Assembly (NCBI GenBank): GCA_964035545.1
Contig: OZ037766.1
Location: 3,896,722 to 3,960,721 of the forward strand
Source of the DNA: Bugula neritina
Taxonomy: Eukaryota; Animalia; Bryozoa
Length of the DNA: 64,000 bases
Reading direction: 5' to 3'
The notes below the pieces were generated by a model. It was not told where the DNA came from and did not search any database. It saw nothing but the letters and a program-made list of their open reading frames with translations. Below are positions 38,301-50,390 of the stretch, piece by piece; position 1 is the stretch's first letter; the number at the start of each line of letters is the position of its first letter. Both the position numbers and the translations under genes were made by a program.

Positions 38301-41300
38301 TTGCACCCATTGCTTGCCGAATTGTCTGTCATTGGGAGTTATCTTTCCTATCTTGTATAATAAAAGTAGGGAAATAATTCTAATTTTAGAAATATTAGGC
38401 CTTCAGTTTGGGCAGTTGTAGAAAAGCTCAGTTGTTAGAAAAGTGAAAGCATGTGATAAGTGTTTGCTGGTGATTTAGGTGTGCGGCCAGTAGACTTCAT
38501 AGGCAACTTTTACATGTCCAACACGACGGATGTCGAGATGGCTGTGGTTGACTGTGACAAGGCATTCTGCTGTGAAATAAAACATGATGACAAGCTAAAT
38601 GAAGGAGAGGGGGTGTTTATTCAGGTACACAGTCTATTTGCCGTGTTTATTTAGGTGTGTTATATGTATTTTCTTTGTTGTTGAATTTGCCCGATGTCGG
38701 GTTTCCCTTTAAATTTGCATTTACTGCTCTGTCTTCACTCTCACCTTCATTTAAATGCGTTTCGTTTATTTATTATACATTATTGATAATGTTGCTTGAT
38801 TTTATAGTACTTGTTATTATAAAAAAAAAATTTATTTTAAATTTGTCAGATTGGATGAAAAACTAAATTGTTTAACTGCAATGTTTTGTGGCCACTTGCG
38901 GTATTGCTATTAGTATTACATTTAGAGACTTGTTTTAGACTGAATTGTCGGAATTGAGTTGAGTATAGGCCATGAATCTAGTCTACGAATACTATATCTT
39001 CAGGAATAATTTACTAGAAGCTATTATCACTGTTCAGAAATGACTTGGGGCCTAGGCTGTGAATTCTCAGCCATTCTCAATGAGCTGTTAGTTGCATAAC
39101 AATAACAGTTTGTTCAAATCAATATCACCACACATCGTCTGCAAACATGCACAGCTGTATGTAATATTGTGACTAGACTTAAATATGAGCAATTATATGG
39201 TGTTAAATATGATTGCCAATTAGCAAGGTGAATGTACGCCTCTGTCAAGTAGTCTGGCATCACTGATAAAGTGGCTGCTAAACATTTCTACTAAGTGAAA
39301 GTTTAGATTTTAGCAAATAAGCAGAGTTCACCCTGGTGAGGACACCCTGAGGTGTTGTGGTACCTGCTTGGGACATTCTGAGGTGTTGTGGTACCTGTCG
39401 GGGACATGTTTTTCATATACCTGCATGATTGGAATATAATTACTTTGTTTTTTTGTTTGGTGGTTTGATAAGTAGTGGAGATTGACCTACAATTATTATG
39501 TAACAGTCTTATTGCCATAAGCTGTCACCCCAGCCATAAGCTGTCACCCCAGAACTGCAACACTCTCCTAATCTACCACTAATCTAATTTCATGGTGCAT
39601 TTGCAGGTAGCCATGTTGTTTACCAGCATGACAGGGCAGAGGAGGCTGAGAATTCACAATCTCTCTCTCAACGCCTGCTCGCAGATGATGGAACTGTTCA
39701 AGAACGTTCAACACGACACGCTAGTCAATTTTATTTCCAAGAAAGGTACTGATGGTCACTAAGATCTTGAGAGTCTCAGTTTGAACTGTAAAGCAGTCGT
39801 AGTATTTGCTAAAGTTTTGTAATGCCAGTTTACAATGAATATTTTATTTGCCTGGATGACAAAAGATTTAAATCAATTGTCTTGGGTTTTCGTGAACATT
39901 TGACTGGAAAACTGCTGCACAAAGTATAATAATTACCTTACTTAGTGGTTGATGCAGCTCCCAAATGAATAGTTCATATTTCTTCTCCACCAGTATCGGT
40001 GAACATTACTCTTGTCTTGTCAGACTTAATTATAACATTATTTACTGCTAAAATGTCCATCATTTGCCATTCAGAAAAACTGTCCTAATAAACAATGACT
40101 ATTTAAAACTTGTTTGTGGTTTATATTGACACTAACTAGATTATGTGGGGTAGTTTTCTACTAGTGATCTTGCAACTAAACCTGCTCTCCTAGCAGCTGT
40201 AGTCATGCATATCACTATGTGGTGTGCTCTTTTGGTAGCTGTACGTGACCAGATGTTGAAGACGCCTAAAGAAGTGAGAGAGAATATCATGACGCAGTGT
40301 GCTGAGATCCTGGCTTGTTACCGTAGAAACTGCGCTAACTCTTCGTCCGCTGGCCAGCTTATACTGCCTGAGAGTATGAAGTTACTTCCTCTCCACACAA
40401 ACTGTATCATCAAAAGTGACGCTCTACAAGCAGGTAGTCCATGTTGTGCACCTTTATATCCTATCATATTGTAGGCTGTGGGGTATTACTATATTGTATT
40501 ATTATGTTGTGTTACTCTATTGTATTGCTGTATTGTTTTATTATATTGTGAAACATCTTGTATTACTATATTGTTATATTATATTGTATTACGATATTGT
40601 TTTATTATATTGGATACTGTATTGTTATATTGCATTGTGGTGGTGGCTTCATGTGGTGAATCCATTTAATGGTAAAAATTTTTGAAGTCATTTGCTAACT
40701 TCGATGAAAAGCATGTTTGTAAAATACCATAAAACAGTGTTTGAAAGCATAGTAATCTTTCTGGATAGATTTTTTAACTTTGAAATAACAAGTTCTTGGA
40801 AAGTAAAGTCATTGCCCACCGATGCCCTTTGGTAGACCTTTTCAGCTCCTGTAACCACATAAACAGCTTCCTTCACACAATTGGACTGTGAATCAGATTC
40901 AGGGTTCTGTTGATGTAATAAAGTGCAGCTGCGCTCTCCAGTGATTACCCTGTTGTTGTTTTCTTTACTCAGATGGTGGTAATATATTATGGTTAATGAT
41001 TTCATGCCAAATATTTGGTTTTGGGGATGTTGGAGGTTATAGAAAGGCTAAAAAACATTACGTTGAGGAAAAGAACTCTCTGGATTGCTAAACACTGCAG
41101 CATAGAGACAAGAGAACTGCCAGTGTAGATCTCTATGAATGAGATATGTAATCCTGTACTGTATAGCTACTTGCTCTCTGTAGGTTCTGAAATATCAACT
41201 GATTCAAGGAGTCACCTGATGAATATCGTCGGCTCTTTAGACGTTACTTCATCAGTTCCTTTCTTCTATCCTAGACTCCTGCCCCTGGTACGTATGTCTC

Positions 41301-44300
41301 ACCTCTCCTCCCACCTTCTCCCACCTCTCCTCACCACCTTCTCTCACCTCTCCTTCCACCTTCTCTCACCTCTCCTCCCACCTTCTCTCACCTTTTCTCA
41401 CCTCTCCTCACCACCTTCTCTCACCTCTCCTCCCACCTTCTCTCACCTTTCCTCCCACCTTCTCTCACCTTTCCTCCCACCTTCTCTCAGCTCTCCTCCC
41501 ACCTTCTCTCGCCTCTCCTTCCACCTTTTCTCACATCTCCTCTCACCTTCTCTCACTTCTCCTCTCACCTTCTCTCGCCTCTCCTCACCACTCTTTTACC
41601 TCCATCTCATATTTTTGTCTTATCTTGTATTCATTTTCTTTTTTCCATTGCATTTTCTGTGAATTTTTTTCTGTGTTTGCCTATATGTCTTCATTGCAAG
41701 CTATTACTATACTCAAAATGAAATCTAACGTAGTGTTGTAATGTTGTAGCATGATGTTGACCTCAACTCTGAGACGCTGCCTCTGCCCATCAGATGTTCC
41801 ATAGAGCGACTACAAGATACTGGTGCCTACTTGCTAGGTATAACACGTTATAGCTTCTCACTTTGCTTCTTCCTTCCTTCTATACACTCTCAGTCTACGT
41901 CTTCTAGCTGCTCCATCTTTAGATGTTCATTCTAAACTCTCTCACCATGTCCCCTCCTCTGTAAGCCTCTCCTCAACTATATCTGGAGGTGTTTGTCCTC
42001 AACCCTCATCATGAATCACCATGGGGAGTAACGTAGATATCTCCATTTCCCACGAGTTACTCGGATGTTCCAGTTCTGTTTTTATCAACAAGGAAATTCC
42101 CACTCATATTTTCCAAAAATACTTTCCTGCTAGGAAATTTTGGTATATGTATGGTGTTGTTGCCTGAGAATTGTTCTTGCAAATATTCGAGGAAGGGAAA
42201 CTGAAGATAATTTTATTATCTCAAACGGCCAATTAGATTATTGGCATTGAGTTGACCTAGTTTGGCTATGTTGTGATTTCTCACCAATAACTATAATTTT
42301 GTTCAAATATTTTTTCAGCTTTTTGTTAATAATTTCGCAATCATAGGCCCAGCAGTAATAAGTTTGTGCTGATGCGTGATTAAAGAAAGAGCATGTTGTT
42401 GTACTTCTCTACGTCATTACAGAGTGTGCGAGTCAAAATAAACACGAGTTTAGTCTCTAGAGAATACGCAGCTGATGACAGCGGAAAGTGCTGCTTCATT
42501 TCTAATAGCATTGTTTATAGGAAATGTTTACTTCTCATTCTTTCAATTATTCAACGGCGTACATCATAACAAATAGTTATACAATACTGTGTTCATGACT
42601 TTCAATTATCATAATTTTCTAGTAAAACAAAACAATGATAATAATGAAGCCCATCCGGCTGATATGAAAGTCTTGTGCCTCCTTTTCATCACTGCTATCA
42701 TCACATTGGCTAACTCATTCTCCCCTGCCCAGTACATCATTAACTGCTAGGACGTGCAACCTGACAGGTTGCACGTCCTTTTGGTCTGTTTGGTGTATTT
42801 TTTGCTTTTCTCATGGTAAACACTGATGATTCATAGTTGTATTTCCATACTGGCTCTGGTTGGTATGCAAACCCATCTCATTAGTACTTCTCTCTCTCTC
42901 TCTCCGTTTCTTGCATTCTACTTTCTTATTGTCTAGTTTATTATTTCTCTCGGAAATGTTCAATGGTAAGTGGGAATTGTGCCCTCATATTCTTAGCTTG
43001 TATTTCACAAAAAAAGGCTATAATTTAGAATATTGAGTTCAAAAGGCTGAAATATAGTTGTAACTATTGGCCAGCAAGTGTAAGCTCTTGTTATGATCTT
43101 CTAACAATATAGTGGTTGGGCTAAAATATATTGTAGTTGGCTATTTTTATCATTCAAGTCTTCAAAATTTTGATAAATTTTCAGAGAATGGTGGCGCTAC
43201 CTGTAGATATGCTAACACTCACTACTGCTGGGGGTAGTAACTGTGCCGAGTTGCATGTCCTTAGACTGCTCAATGATTTGGTGCATCTTTTTCCCTCTTA
43301 TAAGCAAGCGTGTTTGCTTTGAAGATCACTTGTAGTTATATTTCTTGGGATGGTTTGAGTCATGTGTTTTTCTCATAGGCGCTTTTGAAGCTATATTTAA
43401 CTGAGGTTGTGTATGTAAGTCTGTATTGTGTGAATATGTCAGTCGGCTCCCTCCTGGAAATGGTTGATAACAGTTTGCTCTGTTAGCAACATTCTGAATT
43501 GGCGTGTGCTGGAGATGCTGTTGTTGACAGTCACTGAAGGTAAGGAGGAAACTCAGAGGATGTTTTTGTTGTTGTATGGAGTCAGCTATTGCCAGGGGAT
43601 GTTGTTGTTTTGAGTAAGATGGTAACCTTGTGGGATGAAAAGTCTTCTGTGGCTAGAAAAAAGAATTACCTGTTACTTACACTCGAGATAATCTCTCACC
43701 AAAGATAGTTTATGTCCGGGTCTTTCATCTGACCAATGAAAAGACGTTGCCTTGACCAGCATTGCTTGTCCCTACTTATTGAACCCTTAAAAGTGAAGGC
43801 ATATTTCTTTAAAATCTGTGGTCAGTGATTAGTGAGCAGTGGTTTTGTATGTTGTTTACTCACTCTCAGTTGCCATGTTTTAACCTCTAGAGCAATGTCA
43901 CTCTCTGTAACCTTCAACTGGCAACGTCAGGTGCCTGCTGTCACCCCCAGAGTTCTCTCTTTTCCTCAGTCAGTGATTCATCGTGCCACCTAGTGTCCTG
44001 CATGGTACTCTCTCTCCACTCACCTTGATGGAGGGATCACAAGGTCACCTCTATTCACCAATTAATAAGCCTACAGAGCTAATTAATGCTTGTTTGTGCA
44101 GTTTGTGTTCTCTGATTTGACATTATAAAGGAAACTGCCCACTCCTCTTTTCACTTTGTTTTGAATTTATCACAAAAACAAGTTGAAAAGATGAATATAA
44201 AAACTCCTAGATATGGTGTCATGCTTATGTAAAACAATGTATAAATATCTCAGGATTGTTTTGCATTGAAAACCTGGTATTTCCACCCATCCAGTGATCA

Positions 44301-47300
44301 CATGCAAAATAATTATTTATAGACCATCTTTCTAACCTGAAGACTTTTTCAAGTAGAATTTGGTCAAGGATATGGAAAGGTTATTGGTAAACTTGGTTTC
44401 TCTGATTTCTCTCCACAGCCTCTTTCTGCTCTCACAGCCTCTCTCTGATATCTCGTAGCCTCTCTCTGATATCTCGTAGCCTCTCTCTGATATATCATAG
44501 CCTCTCTCTGCTCTCACAGCCTCTCTCTGGTATCTCACAGCCTCTCTCTGGTATCTCACAGCCTCTCTCTGCTCTCACACAGCCTCTCTCTGATATCTCA
44601 TAGCCTCTCTCTGCTATCTCCTCGCCTCTCACAGCCTCTCTCTGCTGTCACACAGCCTCTCTCTGATATCGCACAGCCTTTCTCTGATCTCTCACTCATG
44701 TTGCGCCTATAATTAATCCCGTTACCAGGCTGCTGGCCCAACTCCTAGCATATGATGCACTAAGTCAGGTCTGTCTGAGAAGGCAATTTGCTTGTGTTGT
44801 GTAACTTAATGTTTCAGTGTCTGTAAAACAGATAATTGTTATATTTCTTAAGATTTTAAGTATATCATTGCTATTAGTGTGAAACTCATGCAAATGTTTG
44901 GCCTATGCTGAGATCTGAAGAGAAGGCTTCTCTCCCACCCCTCTTCTTTCACCTGTCTGTCTCACACATCTATGTCATAACTACAATTGATTTTCAGGTG
45001 TCGCCTATTAAAGGCAAACTAACAGCTTTGCAAATGGTATAAAAAGAACATTTTGGCATAATTGTAGTATTATTGTATGTTTTGCTCTTTACAAGTCTAA
45101 AGGTGCTGCGCTTGTGGTGTGATTTGAACACCAATACTTTATTTTGGTTCAGAAACTGTTTGGTTTTTAATGAAAGTTGTTTGTTTCTAGAAAACGGTTT
45201 CGTGATGTACTTGTGGCTGGGACACAACGTCAGCTCCGAGTTTGTGCAGGATGTGTTTGGAGTGAACTCCCTGGCTCAAATCAACATCGAGACGTGCATT
45301 CTACTGGAGCTGGACAACCCGAGGTCTCACCGAATCAATCAAATCGTCAGCAAAGTCCGAAGTCAGCGAAGTCGATTCATGAAGGTACATTGTTTATAAT
45401 CATTTCCTTTCAATTTCACTTCTTGCTTTCCCTCCTTGTAGTCTGTTTGTGAAGCTGTCATCCAGTTGTTCCATTAGTGTCCGTTTTTAGTTCTTGCACG
45501 TGGTGTTTATTGGCAATTTGTTCGTTGTTTTAGAATTTAGGGGAAATATTTTCTGGAGTATAAAATAGACTTCTGTGAAACCGAGCAGTGCACATGAACT
45601 GTAGAGTCTAGCGACTTTCATAATATTTAGTATCAAAACAGAAACTTTTCATAAATAGCCTAAAATGGTTAGCTGGTGAAGTACATTCATCATCAACAAA
45701 TATGTTTTTGCCTGCAACAAAATAAACCATGTTTTCCATACTAATCAGATAACTCTAAAGAAAGTACAAAAAGTTCTTTAATTTATTTTAATTAATTTAA
45801 ACAAGTGTTTTTATAGAAAAACTTGGTTGCCAATGCGTCATTTTCTTTAACACCTTTGTTCTAATTTGCATAAAAATACATACAAAACTATTAAATAGAT
45901 ATTCGCTGTGGTTTAAATTGAAACAGTACATGGGCTATCAATTTAAATTGACTGGAAGTTTTTTAATTAGAGAATTGACACTACCAGATCTGAGGAGGGG
46001 GGGTTGCTGTCGTCCCTAGGATGTATCCATCTTGTAAGAATTGAGGCACCAACCTTTGTATTTGTTGTTTGAGAGACTGGTGTGACTAACATGTTGGTGT
46101 TTACTGCTTACAGAACCCATCCTTTCATTATGCAAGTATTTTGTTGAAATATTTTTGTGTTAAGTGTTTCAGGCAAGTAATTTTCTCAAGTTGTAGTTTG
46201 CATCAAGCACAAAGCCAAGGTGTCTTCAAAGCATCTCAGATGTAGGGCGACCTCATTGCCGTCATATGTAGAATAATTATGGTAATATTATGCTGTGTTT
46301 TTAACACTCATTGCATAGATCCTGGTGTCCAAAAATACATGCTGTTTACCAACTCAAACTCTAATGCAATATGAACTCTGTTCTGGACAAGAACTGTTCT
46401 TCACCCTTTCAGTGCTCTGAGTCCACCTCACTCGGCCTCTTGCTCAATCTCTCCAGAACTTTCTATCATCCTCTGTGGCCAGTTTGAACTTACTTTTGGC
46501 GTCAGATGGAGTTTGAAATTGATTAGATTCTAGAATATATACTGGATTTAGTCAAGTCATGGCATTGTTACAAGAATTGCTAGTGAATAATAGTGTTTAT
46601 TGTTAAAATAGTAGTGATTATATCATGAGCAAGGCATGCGCAAGCACCAATCATGTATTGTTATGGTAGATTTGTAGTGCATTTACCAGCATTTATTTTT
46701 TAAGATGGTTCAATTATTTTTTGTTAGTTTTTTTTCTGGTAGCATCACGATTCAAGAATTGCTTTCTTATGACGATATATCTGGTAGAATTATCACAAAG
46801 TTGTAGTTTAAATTCGCTGAGCCATCATCTCGTAGCTGCATGTATGTTAGTATATTGGCAATTAGTTTTGGTTGAAAAGCAATGCATGCTTATTAATTTA
46901 CCCGGTGGTTTAGTTAGTAAACAATATGGTCTCTAGAAACCACAAGTTTTGACAAACAGATTAGAGCAACTAGCAAGACATTTCTTTGGACACTTCCAAC
47001 ACAACTCCTCTTTCTAAAGGACACAGTGCTGCATTCTATGCCTTCTCTTTCTCTACATCACAGCAAAGCCAGATATTCTCCTATCAACTCTCTCCAGTGA
47101 TTGTCATCTCTGCGTGTCACTTTCTGATGAAATTTGTTGCGAGTTTAGATAATTCTATTTCATAAGAAAGCATTTTCCAGTTCATCTATACTCTACGGTG
47201 TTGAAAGTATTAGCATGGTGAAATATTGCACCTTTCCTAGCATGCCTTCCTCACAAGGGGAAAGGCAAGTTGATTTCACAGGGAACTTGAGTATTTCTCA

Positions 47301-48644
47301 ACATTCAAAGTCCATATTGGTAAGACAGTGGGAGACCACATCTTCACCAACTCTTCAGTTATTGCCATGTCACCAGCTATGAAATAACACTGCTGAGGTT
47401 GTAAACAACATTTTTGTGTATGATCAATCATGATGCAAACTCGCAAATGTAATTATTGCTCTTTGGCTTTAGCTGGGTGTTTGAAAAATAGATAGTTTTG
47501 GATTTGCCTTATAATAATAAAGAATTCCTGTCTAAATAATAATTGCAGTCTATCTTCAGTGGTTGGGAGATTTTATTTATTTGATAGGATTTAGCTTCAG
47601 GACATTTTTGTGGCTTGGGTTAGCAATGTTTGCCATTTTGTTTACAAAATATCCTCCAATCTCTCCTGGAGTGAGTCCAGCAATCTCACCATGCTCTTCT
47701 GTCGTGGCTTTGGTTCATTCGACTTTAGGAGTTGTCAGGTCTATGTTATTCTCAATATAGCATGTCTTTCAAGTAACTGCGTCAAGCATTTGCTTTTAGC
47801 TTTCCTTCCAACTATCTTTATTTTCTTTTGCATAATTTTGCTATTTTAGAGAGTTATTTTATATGTGAGCAAAAATATTGAAGTCACGTAACCATAAAAG
47901 CACGTTTATTGAAAATAATTGATATACAAAGCATCACTTAGTAAACAATTCCTTTCAGCTAATTAACTTATATGCTGTATTCTCTCAACTAGATATTGTA
48001 TGTGCATGCATGCATACATGCTAATCATGCTGATTAAACAGGCTCCCCTCAATTATCATAAGTTATATAAGGTTGTTTGTAATATTTAATCTGAAATCCA
48101 TGGTATCTTCGGGTAAATAACCTTGAATAATCGATATACACCAGAAACCTTGTTTACCAAGCTCCTCAACACCGCTATTGTTTGCTACTGGATACTGACA
48201 GCGCTGTCATGAGCAATCATAGTTAGCTTGTTTATTAGCACATTATTGCTGATAAGATACATTACAAACCTTGTTGGAGCTATTCATGACTAGTGATATC
48301 ACCTGTTACATAAGTGTGTACTCTTTCCTGTGATGTCACCTTATGTACACACGTTATGTAAAGAATTAGTCAGTGAGATGAAAGCTAATGGAGCATGCTG
48401 AGATCTCCAATTTCAACACCTCATATCTTTGTAGGCGGGAGCTAACTAACATGCCCTTCCGGACTGTTCCGTCTTGCAATAATCTCATTCTCATGTGTTG
48501 TAGCTGACCATAGTGAGACAGAGGGACAAGTTGGACCCCTGGTTTGCTCACTACCTGGTCGAGGATAAAGGCACTAATGGTTCCCCATCTTACGTCGATT
48601 ACCTATGTCATATTCATAAAGAAATCCGTGGTATACTTACTTAA
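32357..48644 (+). CDS. SEC24C: COPII coat cargo adaptor SEC24C/D
   Basis: Exons 32357-32492, 32714-32790, 33164-33976, 34349-34457, 34952-35079, 35195-35333, 35481-35596, 35880-36007, 36244-36435, 36911-37121, 37425-37595, 37853-37949, 38479-38624, 39607-39745, 40239-40433, 41184-41287, 41750-41837, 45191-45384, 48504-48644. P/G/Q-rich N-terminus, [11 protein letters not shown], Zn finger [12 protein letters not shown]...C..C, trunk [18 protein letters not shown]...[13 protein letters not shown], gelsolin-like region, terminal [20 protein letters not shown]. Confidence 0.95.
33657..33938 (+). repeat. Coding 18-bp repeat encoding (PGMPGQ/H)n in the SEC24 N-terminus
   Basis: About 14-15 hexapeptide units within exon 33164-33976. 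Confidence 0.9.
41296..41595. repeat. CT-rich imperfect tandem repeat (CACCTTCTCTCACCTCTCCTC) just after a SEC24 donor
   Basis: Direct reading. Confidence 0.85.
44414..44692. repeat. ~19-22-bp minisatellite (AGCCTCTCTCTGATATCTCAC)n
   Basis: Direct reading; SEC24 intron. Confidence 0.88.
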
Positions 48645-50390
48645 CTAACTATTTGCTCTCTACTCTGTGTAGTCAGAGCATGGTGCTAACTGTCTTATGT
48701 TAAGGTGAGGGGACTGTCCTTGTCATCTCTTTGATTTCTCACATTCCCTGTTACACTGACAATGTTTAATCTCCATGTTATGGCATCTCAGCCAGTGTTT
48801 TTCTAGTCTAATTGAACACTGCAATTTTTGTCTTTTTAAATTTCTTTTCTGTGCACTCCACTGCTTTTAAGTTCAATATATTTCAAGTAAAAGTGAAAAG
48901 TAATATGTGGTGATGTGGTGGTTTGTGATTGCTGTGTGCAATTACCAGTCAAAGAACTAATGTGAAGTTGGCTAAATGTCTCACACCTCAGGCTTGTGAT
49001 GAGTGACTGTGGACTGATGGGTGCTCAGTTTCTAGTTTCAGCAATGTTTTACTGGAATGAGTTTTTGATAGAGACTACGGAGTAGAAATGCAGCTCAGCT
49101 CACTCTTATTGTTATTTTGTTAGCAATTACAAGGAAATTAAAGTATTCAATTACTTTGTTGTTTACAAACTGGCTGAGGTCATCATGACATTCGTGGCTA
49201 TTTTTTTATCTTTTTCCTTCAATTCCTCTGGTTTGCAAATCAACAACACTGTGAAACATGGCATTGTGACAGTGAGTTGTGCCTATACTTTGCAAGGTCA
49301 TCTGATTTCCGGGTTTTGTAGGACTATGATGTTGAACAAGAAATCTTCTAGCATGTGGTCCTTGCATAAGTTAGCTGCTGTTGGTCACACAGTGATGAAC
49401 TCTTGCAATCAGTGTAACAGGAGGGACAACTCTACTCAACACCGTGACATTTGTCAATGCAAGGTCATGTGGTACATTGATTGCCCTTGCTACATGCAAC
49501 GAGTTCTTCATGGCAACTCAATAACATCCAACTGTGATTAAACAGAGTTACAAGAAGACGATTTTGCTCTAGTTATTATTGATTACACTAATTTTTGGTC
49601 ACTTGTATTACTATAAGCAATATTATATATTATATATTGTTAGCAGCTCATTAGACATCATTGTTGCATCACCTTGGTCAAGGATTTTTATTTTAACAGT
49701 AACTCTTACTCTATGTTTTTATTATCTAAGAACTACACTATTTATTCTTTGTAATTTCGTTGGTTGGATATGATATATACTTGTTATTACCCTGGAGAAA
49801 GGTTAGCCTTTTGTTACTAGTATAACCTGGCCTTGATATAGCAAACTCTTACATTATCAGTTATTATACTCTACTTTGTCATCAATAAAATCTAGTAGAA
49901 GCAAGTTTTTTATTTATGTTTTATTTTGTATATAAATATTATGGTTTGAGTTGATGATACATGATATTGAATGATGTAAATAGTGAATAGCATAAATCAA
50001 CATGATTACATGTTTATATTGCAACAGCATAAATAACATAACAGTTAATGTATTATTATTCCAATACATGTAAGAACATCGTGCATAGTATTATTACAAA
50101 CATCAACAATTCGCTACTACAGTACCACAATTATACTAGTTATGGTATATCTAATAATATAACAAAGCAACTTTTCTATACATGAAGTGAAAGCACTCTG
50201 TGTGGGGTGAATACCCCTAGAGTCCGGGAAGATGCGCATGAGCAATAAATTAAAAAACTTCTTTGGAATTCTCTTGGTAAAAATATAAATATTATGTACA
50301 TATAATATGAAACTGTGGGACTGAGATAGGAGAGACTAGAATAGTCCAAAATGCCAAGACACTGGTTTAGGAAGGGGGAGATGACGTCCC

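Noticed and set aside
43100-44100. Possible decayed LINE endonuclease fragment
   Set aside because: Only faint IYR/DLN-like remnants with many stops; needs BLASTX or Dfam to call.
46950-47850. Possible decayed transposase in a long SEC24 intron
   Set aside because: Coding-like composition but no recognisable motif or intact ORF.
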